Source: Candidatus Micrarchaeia archaeon
GTDB taxonomy: Archaea; Micrarchaeota; Micrarchaeia; Micrarchaeales; Micrarchaeaceae
Reading direction: 5' to 3'
Assembly (NCBI GenBank): GCA_049964795.1
Contig: JBMFWY010000004.1
Span: 1 to 50,672, forward strand
Length of the DNA stretch: 50,672 nucleotides
The position numbers and the translations under genes are program-made. Below are positions 18,114 through 27,868 of this stretch, in pieces; position 1 is the first letter of the stretch; every line of letters begins with the position of its first letter. Below the pieces are notes generated by a model. The model saw only the letters and a list, made by a program, of their open reading frames with translations, had not been told where the DNA came from and made no database searches.

Positions 18114-19202
18114 TCATATGTTTCTGTCACCGAATATACCGACTATCTCCTTTATGCGTTTCTTTGCGTCAGAATCTGGCAAAAATTGGGAAACTTCACC
18201 CCATGCTTTTGAAAGCAATTCTGCAGCTCTTTTATTGGCATAGTTTATAGAATCGTATTTCAACATTATACTTATTGCTTCGTCTATCAAAGTTTTGTCT
18301 TTAGTATGCATGCGGATTATTTCTATGAGGCGTTTCTTGTCCTTTTCGTCCCCTTTTTCAATAACATGAAGAACCAGCAGGGTAATCTTGCCTTCTGTTA
18401 TATCGTCCCCCACGCCCCCTTTATTGTCCGAAAGCTTGCTAGGTGTAACATTTAATATATCATCCGATATCTGGAAAGCTACCCCTATTGTTGAACCGAA
18501 TAGGCTTAATGCTTTTTGCACGCTGCTATCTACTTCGCAAAGTATGCCTGCAAGCTCTGCGGCAAAACCTATTAGTACTCCGGTTTTTGAATACGCCATT
18601 TGAAGGTACTTGCTTTCATCTATTCCATTCAAATCCACTTTTCCAGAATGCCATGCAAGATCAGTAGCTTGACCTATTGAAATCTTAAGCATGTTTCTTT
18701 GATAGGATTCCAGAACACGTATTTTAACCTCGCTGCTGAGCTTATTGCTGTCTAGAAGTGCAACTATTGGAAAATAAAACATAAAGTCCCCTAAATTCAG
18801 GGCTATATCGAGGCCGTATTTCTTGTGCACTGCTTCCATCCCCCTCCGCATGTCGCTGCCATCTTCTATGTCATCGTGTATCAAGGTACCGTTATGAATT
18901 ACTTCGGGTATTATTGAGAACTCCAGATAATAATCAGGGTCCTTGCCAAGTGCCTCGATAAGTTCAAGCATAAGCACAGGGCGCCACCTTTTTCCACCAG
19001 CTTTAAGCAGATAGTTTGCAGGATCAAATATTGCCTTGCTTATCGCTTCGGGATCAAATTCGTAGCCGCTCCTTTGCATTAATTTTGAAAGAAATCGAGG
19101 GTCCTTGACATTATTTAGATAGTTTTCTATCGTTTTGTTTATTTGGTTAATCTTGCTGACCATATATTCTTCTATACTATCTGTTTTGGCAGGTTCTGAC
19201 AT
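18114..19202 (-). CDS. Polyprenyl diphosphate synthase (longer-chain type likely)
   Basis: GGKRWRP, HNGTLIHDDIED..RRG, GQ..D, KTG, FQISDDIL, DITEGK; Gly five residues before the FARM. Confidence 0.92.
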   Translation of the reverse strand: MSEPAKTDSIEEYMVSKINQINKTIENYLNNVKDPRFLSKLMQRSGYEFDPEAISKAIFDPANYLLKAGGKRWRPVLMLELIEALGKDPDYYLEFSIIPEVIHNGTLIHDDIEDGSDMRRGMEAVHKKYGLDIALNLGDFMFYFPIVALLDSNKLSSEVKIRVLESYQRNMLKISIGQATDLAWHSGKVDLNGIDESKYLQMAYSKTGVLIGFAAELAGILCEVDSSVQKALSLFGSTIGVAFQISDDILNVTPSKLSDNKGGVGDDITEGKITLLVLHVIEKGDEKDKKRLIEIIRMHTKDKTLIDEAISIMLKYDSINYANKRAAELLSKAWGEVSQFLPDSDAKKRIKEIVGIFGDRNI

Positions 19203-19474
19203 ATATTTACCCTTTTAGTTTTCATAATTTGTAAGACTTAACTATTAAATTTGACTGAGGCTTTAGCTAATTTAGAGTAATCTGGATACTATTAGACAGA
19301 ATACACTTATATAGTTTTTGAATTAGCACGTAGAGGCATGCCTGAAGCAAAATTACATTGGTTTCCACAAATCCATAAAAAGTAATATAAAGTTTTATAG
19401 GAAAACTTTATTGCGATCAGGGCACAACCGTTTCCTAGCTTATATAGGTTTTGCTTTGTGGGCGTGTGATTAAA

Positions 19475-19795
19475 ATGACGATAGAAGAATTGACAGACAA
19501 GGAATTTGAAGAGAAAGTATTGAAATCAAAGAAGCCCGTGATTATTGATGTATGGGCTCCATGGTGCGGACCTTGCATTATGTACTCCCCGATAATAGAA
19601 GATATATCAAAAGAGTATGAGGGCAAGGCGGTGTTCTATAAAACGAATGCTGATGAAAACGAGAAGATAGTAGGCAAGTTCAATATAATGAGCATCCCTA
19701 CAACACTACTCATAGAAAATGGTGCACTTAAAGCGCTTAACGTTGGTGCGGTGCCAAAAGCATATCTTAAAAAGTGGATAGATAGCAACCTCTAA
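19475..19795 (+). CDS. trxA: Thioredoxin
   Basis: WAPWCGPC and SIPT; start ATG 19475. Confidence 0.93.
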   Translation: MTIEELTDKEFEEKVLKSKKPVIIDVWAPWCGPCIMYSPIIEDISKEYEGKAVFYKTNADENEKIVGKFNIMSIPTTLLIENGALKALNVGAVPKAYLKKWIDSNL

Positions 19796-19919
19796 GTTTA
19801 TTCTACTTCTTTTTGCTTCTTTTAGTGATTTTGGAATTTTGCAGGAAACTGCAAAAATTCACTTATTATATTAAACTTTTCTATCAAAATTTACATAGTA
19901 GAGCATAATAGTGTATTGC

Positions 19920-21194
19920 ATGCCAGAGATACCTTTCCCGAGAGGAGTAAGAGACCTTATGCCAAACGAGGCGCTTTTCAGGAATGAGTTAATTAAGAAA
20001 GTAGAGGAAATATATCAGAGGTTTGGATTCATTAACATAGACACGCCCTCATTCGAGCGTCTTGAAGTCCTTTCCGCTAAAGGGGGCATAGGAGATGAAG
20101 GGAATAAGCAGATATTCGAAATAAAAGATGAAAATGCTGCATTGCGTTATGACCATACTGTATCTCTTGCAAGATATCTCGCTGTGCACCAGTCGCTTCC
20201 AATGCCCTTCAAAAGGTATTACATAGGCAAGGCATGGAGGAAGGAGGAACCTCAAAAGAACAGATACAGGGAATTTACGCAGGCAGACGTGGATATTGTC
20301 GGAGGAGAAAAAGCAGTTTCCGATGCAGAAGCAATAGCTGCAATCGCTACAGCATTTGATGAAATAGGGGTAGAGTATGCAGTGCGTATAGGCAGCAGAG
20401 AGGTGCTCAACTCATTTTTGAATTCGATAGGCATAGATGCAAAAAGGCATGTGGATATAATGAGAGTGATGGATAAATATGACAAAATCGGAATCGATGG
20501 AGTAAACGTCGAACTTGAGAGATTAGGAGTAGAAAAAAGCAAAATAGATGAGATCTCATCTTTTATGTCAAAAGAGGGTACAAACGAGGAGAAAATAGAA
20601 TTTGCAAAAGACGTTACAAAGGACGAAAAATGTCTAGAAGAGATAAGTGATACCTTGCAGCTTCTTCCACTTTACAAGATAAGAGGCAAAGCTGTTGTGG
20701 ACTTTGGGGTTGTAAGGGGAATAGACTATTACACGGGCATAGTAATGGAATTTTCAACGCCTGACATGAAAGCTTCAATATGTGGAGGAGGCAGGTATGA
20801 CAACTTAATACAGCTTTACAAAGGCAAAAGCTATCCGGCGGTTGGGGTTAGCATGGGGATAGATAGGATAATGGACCTGCTTGACTTCAAATCTTCCGAA
20901 AGAATTACATATGCGAAAGTGTTTGTTGCATATGTAAAGGAGAATAACAAGCAACGGGCAATAGAAGTTGCACAAATACTAAGGGCAAACTCGATAAACA
21001 CGGATTTGAACCTTGCAAAGCGCAATCTTGCGAACCAGCTTGCCTATGCGGATGCCTTAAAGCTCAAATATGCAATAATAATAGGAGATGCGGAAGAAAA
21101 AGCAGGAAAAGTGAGGTTAAGAAACCTAATTAGCGGCGAGGAGGAGCTTCTCACAATAGATGAGGCGATAGAAGAGCTGAGAGAAAAGAATTGA
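19920..21194 (+). CDS. hisS: Histidine--tRNA ligase
   Basis: PRGVRD, LRYDHT, RYREFTQAD, RGIDYYTG, GGGRYD, anticodon-binding domain. Confidence 0.96.
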   Translation: MPEIPFPRGVRDLMPNEALFRNELIKKVEEIYQRFGFINIDTPSFERLEVLSAKGGIGDEGNKQIFEIKDENAALRYDHTVSLARYLAVHQSLPMPFKRYYIGKAWRKEEPQKNRYREFTQADVDIVGGEKAVSDAEAIAAIATAFDEIGVEYAVRIGSREVLNSFLNSIGIDAKRHVDIMRVMDKYDKIGIDGVNVELERLGVEKSKIDEISSFMSKEGTNEEKIEFAKDVTKDEKCLEEISDTLQLLPLYKIRGKAVVDFGVVRGIDYYTGIVMEFSTPDMKASICGGGRYDNLIQLYKGKSYPAVGVSMGIDRIMDLLDFKSSERITYAKVFVAYVKENNKQRAIEVAQILRANSINTDLNLAKRNLANQLAYADALKLKYAIIIGDAEEKAGKVRLRNLISGEEELLTIDEAIEELREKN

Positions 21195-21247
21195 CCCTTA
21201 AATGTTTATTTTGGTTTGATGAAATCCAAATATAAAAGGTAGTGTAG

Positions 21248-21772
21248 ATGGCAAAAGCAGAACTGGACAGGGTAACTGAAGAGAAAATACTAAAAGGAGG
21301 AGTGCTTGCAAAGCTTTATTTTGACATGCAGGATAAGGACAAGGATAAACTGCAGCCGCTAATGGTAAATCTTATAAATGAACACCTTATGAAGGAGAAG
21401 GGGGTAGTCTACTGCTACGGCTCGATAGATGAACCGATTTTGGTTAAGGATCTCTATACGACTAGTGCAGTTGTTACTGTGCTTGTCGACAGTTTCATAC
21501 CTTTGGTTAACATCGCATTTAATTATGCGCCGGCAGGTGTAGAGGTTCTCAAGCCGGAAAAAGGAATAGTTCTCAAGGCAAATGATATGCAAGCCGTGCT
21601 AATAGACATATCACAGATATCGGTGAATTATTCTAGGTATGTGCTTGAAAAGGTATTGGGCAAAGAGGATTTGGAGCTGATACAGAGAGACCTGGAGAAT
21701 AGGGCGAAAATAGGGAAGGATCTGCTTGAAAAGAAAGTTGGGGAAAATGCAGGCGGCGAAGCGGGCAAGTAG
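21248..21772 (+). CDS. Hypothetical protein
   Basis: 174-aa ORF downstream of hisS with an SD-like sequence and a Y.PAGVEVL.P motif; function unknown. Confidence 0.75.
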   Translation: MAKAELDRVTEEKILKGGVLAKLYFDMQDKDKDKLQPLMVNLINEHLMKEKGVVYCYGSIDEPILVKDLYTTSAVVTVLVDSFIPLVNIAFNYAPAGVEVLKPEKGIVLKANDMQAVLIDISQISVNYSRYVLEKVLGKEDLELIQRDLENRAKIGKDLLEKKVGENAGGEAGK

Positions 21773-21779
21773 TTTAGTT

Positions 21780-23225
21780 TCATTCCTTGTACCAGACAGT
21801 GCCAAATTCGGTATCTTCGAGCCTTATCCCTTTTCCTTTGAGCATTTCCCTTATCTTGTCAGCTTCTTCATAACGCTTTTGAGCGCGCAATTCCTCGCGC
21901 TTCTTTATAAGTGCTTGCTGCTCTTCGGGGAGAGGGGAGGAAAGCTTTTCCTTGCTTAGTATTCCAAAAATGGAAGCCATTGCCATCAGCCTGCTGAAGA
22001 ACTCCTCCTTCTTTGAATGAGTTATTGACTTATAAGAGTCTGCAAACTTCTTTAGTTCGCTTGCCGCGCTTGCAAGGCTTAGCAAGGCTAACGGAGTGTT
22101 AAAATCGGAATTCATGGCATTGGAGAAGTCCAGCTCCATTTTGGAGAGTGAATCGCTAAGCAGTGCTATGCTGGCTTGGTCGGAGTTCTCGTCTTCTGGC
22201 ATGCTGTAAAAAGAACCTGCAGCCTGGTACAGGTATCTGAGTTTGTTTTCCACGCTTTGAACCAGCTGGCTAGTATAATTCAGCTCCTTGCTGTAGTGCG
22301 TTGACAGAACGAGCAAGCGCAACACCTCAGGATCGTGGCTTTCTAGAAATTCGCGTATTGTGATGAAATTGTGCAGGCTTTTGCTCATTTTCTTGCCTTC
22401 TACATTGAGCACACCGGAGTGTATCCAGTACCTTACAAAAGGCTTTACTCCGAACGCTGCTTCAGCCTGCGCTATCTCATTGGTGTGATGGGGAAAAATA
22501 AGCTCGCTCGCTCCTCCGTGCAAATCATATTGAGAGCCAAAAATTGAATAGGTCATGGCTGTGTCTTCTATGTGCCAGCCCGGCCTGCCATGCAGTTTGA
22601 CCTCTTTTCCTTCGAATTTCAGCGATATGTCCCAGGAAGGATCCTCTCCGGTAGGGGAAGCTTTCCACAAGGCAAAATCGTATGTGCGATGCTTGCCTTC
22701 TTTGGGCTCTATCCTGTGGTTGGTAAGCTCCTCGAGCTTCATGCCTGAAAGTTTTGTATAATCCTTGAACTTGTCCACTTCATAATAAACATCACCATCT
22801 AGATAATAAGCATAGCCCTTGTCCACAAGAAGCTGTATCTGTTGCCTTATTGCCTCGATATAATCGTGGGAGCGAGGATATTCTGTGACATTTTGCTTTA
22901 CCCCTAGCCTTTCCATATCTTCAAAAAGCCTCTTTTCATAGTATCTCGCAAGCTCTATTGCGCCAATTCCCTTTTCTTTGGCCCTTTGAATTATCTTGTC
23001 ATCCACATCAGTAATATTTTGGACGTAATGAACTTCATATCCTATATATCTAAGCCAGCGCACTATGCAGTCGAAGTCTATATAGGTTTTTGCATGTCCG
23101 AGATGCGCATCGTCATAAACTGTGGAGCCGCACACGAACATCTTTATTTTTCCAGGAGAGATAGGTATAAACTCCTCTCTCTGACGTGTAAGAGTATTGT
23201 AGACGAATAGCTTCTCTTGGACCAT
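21780..23225 (-). CDS. cysS: Cysteine--tRNA ligase
   Basis: CGSTVYD..HLGH, NITDVDDKII, DFALWK, GRPGWHIE, FPHH.NE, KMSKS, AD.IR. Confidence 0.96.
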   Translation of the reverse strand: MVQEKLFVYNTLTRQREEFIPISPGKIKMFVCGSTVYDDAHLGHAKTYIDFDCIVRWLRYIGYEVHYVQNITDVDDKIIQRAKEKGIGAIELARYYEKRLFEDMERLGVKQNVTEYPRSHDYIEAIRQQIQLLVDKGYAYYLDGDVYYEVDKFKDYTKLSGMKLEELTNHRIEPKEGKHRTYDFALWKASPTGEDPSWDISLKFEGKEVKLHGRPGWHIEDTAMTYSIFGSQYDLHGGASELIFPHHTNEIAQAEAAFGVKPFVRYWIHSGVLNVEGKKMSKSLHNFITIREFLESHDPEVLRLLVLSTHYSKELNYTSQLVQSVENKLRYLYQAAGSFYSMPEDENSDQASIALLSDSLSKMELDFSNAMNSDFNTPLALLSLASAASELKKFADSYKSITHSKKEEFFSRLMAMASIFGILSKEKLSSPLPEEQQALIKKREELRAQKRYEEADKIREMLKGKGIRLEDTEFGTVWYKE

Positions 23226-23269
23226 GTAACCAGCATATCTCCGGATCTGCTAAACTATTTCAAAGAAAG

Positions 23270-24295
23270 TTATGAAAAAGTTATGTTCAAAGGCTGTATT
23301 GAATCAGGCAAAGGCGTTGAGGAAAGTACAAAATCACCCACAGCAATAAACCTCTGCATTTCGAGCGTGTTTGCAACAACACGGATTTGCACAGGCTTGC
23401 CAATTACTGTTGTAAGAGGTATTGTAGCGTTTGCAAATGTTGAGGAAGACTTTGCCCCTGCTGAAGAATTGAAAGTGTTGAAATGAGCGACTATCGCGGG
23501 AGAGCCCTTGTATAGTATCTCGACATAGAGTCCATTTTCGGCAGGGCTGATTATCTTGAAATTAAGGAATGGGGAATTTGCATAGAACAGCGATGATGTC
23601 AGGTTCCCGGGCGATACGGAAGTGCCACAATTAAAAGTGGTTGCAAAAAATGTGCCGTTGTAATTGCTCCATGGCTGGCCAAGATAGCACCTAGAGGCAT
23701 TTGAATTTGCATAGGTAATATTCAATGGCTTAGCCCCGAAGCCTTTGCCTGTCACATTCCATCCCGTATAATGCCCTGTGCCAAAGTTGCCATTGTATAT
23801 AAAATTGTAGATTTGAGAAGGTGGAACTATTGTGCTATTTAGTTTCAGTATTGCATATCCGCAATTTCCGTGCGAATTGCCGGTTGAAAGGATTACGTTG
23901 TATACTCCAGCAGGAGCGGAAAAATTGCCATAAAATGCTATGCAGCTCTGTTGAGAGCTTATGTTCATAATCACTTGGTTGCTTGCACTTTTTATTACGA
24001 CTCTTGCCTTCCCAGGATTGCCACCTGCAAGCCACAGACCTAAAGTGCCTCCTGTCCAGTAGCATTTGCCATCGACAGTGGAATTGATAGAAGAATTGAA
24101 CAAGCTGAAGTTATTGCAAGGATAGTAAACGAATGAAGAATTGGTTGTCGTTGTCGCCACTGTGCTTTTTACGGAATTTGAAGGTGCAACCGTAGAAGTG
24201 GTACTAGTTAAAGATGTCTTGAATCCTGTGCTTAGATACCAGATTATGACCATTATTATAATAATTGCAACATAGGCAATTAGTCCTTTTCGCAT
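23270..24295 (-). CDS. Membrane-anchored extracellular protein, Asn/Ser/Thr-rich
   Basis: N-terminal TM helix, Thr/Ser linker, many NxS/T sequons, several Cys. Confidence 0.8.
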   Translation of the reverse strand: MRKGLIAYVAIIIIMVIIWYLSTGFKTSLTSTTSTVAPSNSVKSTVATTTTNSSFVYYPCNNFSLFNSSINSTVDGKCYWTGGTLGLWLAGGNPGKARVVIKSASNQVIMNISSQQSCIAFYGNFSAPAGVYNVILSTGNSHGNCGYAILKLNSTIVPPSQIYNFIYNGNFGTGHYTGWNVTGKGFGAKPLNITYANSNASRCYLGQPWSNYNGTFFATTFNCGTSVSPGNLTSSLFYANSPFLNFKIISPAENGLYVEILYKGSPAIVAHFNTFNSSAGAKSSSTFANATIPLTTVIGKPVQIRVVANTLEMQRFIAVGDFVLSSTPLPDSIQPLNITFS

Positions 24296-24577
24296 TGTTA
24301 CACCGCTTGCTCTGCAAAGTGAAATGAATTTACATATATTGTAGCAGAGTTACAGCATAATTTAATACCAATAAAATAATAAAGAGTGTGCTTGCGTTAG
24401 ATTTTGGCAACTGTATAGAATGAATATTATAGCGCCAAATCTTGCCGGAGGGCAAACCAAACAAACATATATATAACTTTTTTTGCAATATTCACCAATC
24501 GTCCTGCTTAGTATAATAACTCGACAGCAATGAAGCTCTGTTTAAGTTGGAATTGCAGGATTAGAAAGGTGTTATAT

Positions 24578-24691
24578 TTGGGAAGCATACCTAGAAAATG
24601 GAAGAAAAAAGGAAGAATGCGCTGGAAGTGGCTCAAAAAGAGGAGGAAGAGGCTTAAGAGAGCGCAGAAGCGCAGAGTAGGAAAGCTCTGA
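24578..24691 (+). CDS. rpl41e: Ribosomal protein eS32/aL41 (L41e), 37 aa, not in the ORF track
   Basis: TTG start after AAGGTG SD; [37 protein letters not shown] has the archaeal [14 protein letters not shown] signature; T-tract follows. Confidence 0.9.
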   Translation: MGSIPRKWKKKGRMRWKWLKKRRKRLKRAQKRRVGKL

Positions 24692-24740
24692 CTTCTTTTT
24701 CTATTTCTTTTTTCTTTCTTCTTTTCCTTTTTATTTTGTT
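24692..24740 (+). terminator. T-rich terminator after eS32
   Basis: cttcttttttctatttctttttctttcttcttttccttt directly after the stop. Confidence 0.5.
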
Positions 24741-24792
24741 AAATATTTTGTTAATTGAACTTTGCTGGCATGTATGAAAGTGCTTTCTTCGC

Positions 24793-26250
24793 TCATCCTG
24801 TGATTTTGTTTAAGATTGGATAAGTCTCGTAAATGTTCTCCTGCTGCAGCTGCTGGTAAAGCATGTAAATTATTCCTACGGTTAGCAGTATGCCCATCCC
24901 GGTTCCTACAGCTCCTGTTAGCGTTGCCAAAGCAGCCAGAAGTCCTACAAATATGCTGCCTAACACAGTGACAGAAGGGATATACTTGTTGAGCACGCTT
25001 TCTACTATTCTAGGGTCTCTCCTGAAACCTGGTATCTGCCAACCTGTCTCGCCTATCTGCTTAGCAAGCTCTTTTGGATTCTGGCCGGTCATTTCTATCC
25101 AGAACTTTCCGAAGACTACGGAAAGCGCTACAAGAACCAGCGTATAAACGATTATGTGGATCCATTCAGGTACCATGACAACGCCGCCCCACGGCAGAAA
25201 CAGCTGGGTAGTGTGTGTTGCAAGATAAGTGAAGTATGCGCCGTAACCGCCTATGCCCCCATATGCCGCGGAATAGGGCAGCGGGAATGAGGGAGATATC
25301 AGGTATATCAGTCCGCCGCTAAGCTGCGGGGATCCTCCTGCCACAGGAGTATACAACGCAAAGAATTTTGCGAGGTTAGCCAGTGAGCCGTGCACACCTG
25401 CAAGGAATCTAAACCATACAGCAAGGCTTAGCTCCAGGGATGATGCAAGGATTACTGGAAGCACACTTACATACAGGAAGGGAATTGGAAGCCTACCCCC
25501 TATACCTCTTATATCTCCGAATGCGAGAGGCAATTCAACCTTCATCTCATATGCATAGATGCTTGCTACAAAAACTATCATTGCAAATATTAGAGGTCCA
25601 AAGGCCATTATCGCGTTTGATATTGCAGCTGCGCCGCCGGCCTGTATGGCACTTATTGCTTCTGGGAGCAGTATGCCCACAGTACCAGCAATTATTGCGT
25701 AGGAAACTCCGCTGGCGATGAAGAGGTTTATTCCTGAGGTTATGCCATATTTGGTCATCATTTCGTCCATGTAGATGATCATAAGGCTGCCGAGGAAAAG
25801 CTGGAATGCGACAATTGGGAAGTATGAAGGGGAGGCAAGAGGCACGTACCCTGTGCTTACGAATATTATTGACTCTATGAGACCAATAGCCATGGCTGAA
25901 ATTTTCTGCACGCCTTGGAACCTTGCCTTGTCCTCAAGATTGTTCATGTCTAGATTGAGAAGGCCCGAACCGTTGAGGAGCTGCAGCACTATGCTGGCAA
26001 GTACTATCGGCCCAATACCTATTGTTATTACGCTGCCGATTTTTGCAGCGAATACTATGCTAACAAGCTGAAGGAATGGTTGCGTCACGGCTGTTGGATT
26101 CACGCCTGTGGCATAAGTATTGTAAAGAAGGAAGTATATCGAAAGGATTACGCCCGTCCAAACCATTTTTTCCCTTAGCGATAAGGGCTTTTCAGGAGAC
26201 TTGATCGTAGGTATAAATGGGAGTATCTTGTCCATGAATTTTAATGCCAC
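24793..26250 (-). CDS. secY: Preprotein translocase subunit SecY
   Basis: REKM.WTG, IGIGPIV.ASIVLQLL, SGINLFIA, PVILAS, IPGFRRDPR, GTGMGILLTV. Confidence 0.96.
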   Translation of the reverse strand: MALKFMDKILPFIPTIKSPEKPLSLREKMVWTGVILSIYFLLYNTYATGVNPTAVTQPFLQLVSIVFAAKIGSVITIGIGPIVLASIVLQLLNGSGLLNLDMNNLEDKARFQGVQKISAMAIGLIESIIFVSTGYVPLASPSYFPIVAFQLFLGSLMIIYMDEMMTKYGITSGINLFIASGVSYAIIAGTVGILLPEAISAIQAGGAAAISNAIMAFGPLIFAMIVFVASIYAYEMKVELPLAFGDIRGIGGRLPIPFLYVSVLPVILASSLELSLAVWFRFLAGVHGSLANLAKFFALYTPVAGGSPQLSGGLIYLISPSFPLPYSAAYGGIGGYGAYFTYLATHTTQLFLPWGGVVMVPEWIHIIVYTLVLVALSVVFGKFWIEMTGQNPKELAKQIGETGWQIPGFRRDPRIVESVLNKYIPSVTVLGSIFVGLLAALATLTGAVGTGMGILLTVGIIYMLYQQLQQENIYETYPILNKITG

Positions 26251-26259
26251 TTTAGCACC

Positions 26260-27369
26260 TCACTTATTTTCTTTCATTTTCAGGATATAACCTTCGCCGT
26301 CGCCTTTCATCTCAAAGGATACTTTGGAGTTGGACGCCTTGCTAACTATTCCGTTTATGAATGCGAGAGACATCTCGACATATTCCTTTTTAGATATCTC
26401 GGGTTTAAATACAAATTCCATGTTCAGATTGTCATGCTTGCCCGTAGACTTTAATCTGGGAGCGCCAAAGTTTAATAACGTTGCGCTCTTTGAGAGGTAA
26501 TCGCGGATTTTGGAGATGTTAGGATGCTTATCGTCAAAGAGACTTTCCGCTACTTTAAGCCCCGCGTATCCAGATATTATATCCAGGGCTTCAACATATC
26601 TAGAATCCAGGAGAGGCTGCATTAGAAGGGCATGATAGACTAGAGGAACAAAATTGTTTTGAGCTTGCTGGCCCTTTATAGCAGGAGCTATGTGCTTTGC
26701 AAACTTGTAAACGGCGTCTTCCATCTCTATCTCCTTTTCCTGTTCGCTGCTGTAAGCTGAGGGTATGAATTCGCAGTAATCTGCACCGTTGCTCGTGCAT
26801 GCGATTTCGCGTATCTTCACGGGCTGCCGGCTAGCAGCGGTAACGAATCCAGAGATTATTCCTGCCTCAAAAGAATGTATGTTGGTGCCAAGGCCCAGCG
26901 CATTTCTTGAATGCAACCTTATCCTAAGCCCATTGTGCAGAAACTGGTAGCTTACAGGATATCCCGTCGCCTTTTCAAGAAACGAGACGAGCTCGGGTAT
27001 AGATTCTTCATACCAATAATAGTTTTTTCCTTCGGATACAATCTTGTAAAGTTCCTTGCCTGTTTCTTCGCCAAAGCTATAGCCAAGCATTTTCGTGCTT
27101 CTGGTCAGACTGAGCAGGACCCTGCTAAACGTAGCGGCATGCTCATAGGTCTTTGAAGCTTTGGAGTTTGCATTGAGTATGCTGTAAAGGATAGCCTCCT
27201 TGTAGGAATAAGCTTTAGTGTTTACATCAAATCCAGGTTTAGGCGTTGGATTCCGAGAGAGAATAGATCGGTGCATTGCGCGGCTTCTTTTGCCTGCTGC
27301 TATCCTATTCCTTGCATTGCCACGTGACTGGTGCAAACGCTGTTTTTTGGGGGGTGAAGCTTTTGACAT
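26260..27369 (-). CDS. V4R (4-vinyl reductase) domain protein
   Basis: FEAGIISG...E..C.SNGADYCEF V4R signature plus a second degenerate HNOX/V4R-like region. Confidence 0.75.
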   Translation of the reverse strand: MSKASPPKKQRLHQSRGNARNRIAAGKRSRAMHRSILSRNPTPKPGFDVNTKAYSYKEAILYSILNANSKASKTYEHAATFSRVLLSLTRSTKMLGYSFGEETGKELYKIVSEGKNYYWYEESIPELVSFLEKATGYPVSYQFLHNGLRIRLHSRNALGLGTNIHSFEAGIISGFVTAASRQPVKIREIACTSNGADYCEFIPSAYSSEQEKEIEMEDAVYKFAKHIAPAIKGQQAQNNFVPLVYHALLMQPLLDSRYVEALDIISGYAGLKVAESLFDDKHPNISKIRDYLSKSATLLNFGAPRLKSTGKHDNLNMEFVFKPEISKKEYVEMSLAFINGIVSKASNSKVSFEMKGDGEGYILKMKENK

Positions 27370-27373
27370 AGCA

Positions 27374-27868
27374 CTACCTGCGCTTTACCTTCACTTCGCA
27401 CGAAGGCTTTGAAAGCTTGTTCAAGTAGTATATTATCAAAAGCAGATTTAAAAAGATGAACGTAGAGACGATCCAAATCGAGTATTTGGAGAAGAAATTA
27501 TTAAGCGCTATTATACCTGCACTGCTTATGCCTATTGCACTCAGAGAAAAAAGTATAGGCACAGCACAGCCACAGGAGACGATAACGCTCCCAACCAATG
27601 CAGTAAAAGCGCTCACTCCTGTTGCGGTGACTTTCGCCATGTTCTTGCGGGTGTTCCCTATGGAGTATATTGCTATAGTAAGGGTTATTGAAGCAGACAG
27701 TATAAGTATGTACATTAGATACAGAAGCAAGGGGTCCACTACAAGAAATACCTTCTCCTGTGTGATTACAAGATAACGCGCAAGAAAGTAGTAGAGTATT
27801 AATGCCGCTATATTTACTGCTACATATTTAGGCGTGTAGATTTTTTTGATTGCTGTTACTGCGTTCAT
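27374..27868 (-). CDS. Small multi-pass membrane protein with a CGC motif
   Basis: About four hydrophobic helices; SCGCAVP; 4-nt overlap with the DUF929 gene. Confidence 0.75.
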   Translation of the reverse strand: MNAVTAIKKIYTPKYVAVNIAALILYYFLARYLVITQEKVFLVVDPLLLYLMYILILSASITLTIAIYSIGNTRKNMAKVTATGVSAFTALVGSVIVSCGCAVPILFSLSAIGISSAGIIALNNFFSKYSIWIVSTFIFLNLLLIIYYLNKLSKPSCEVKVKRR

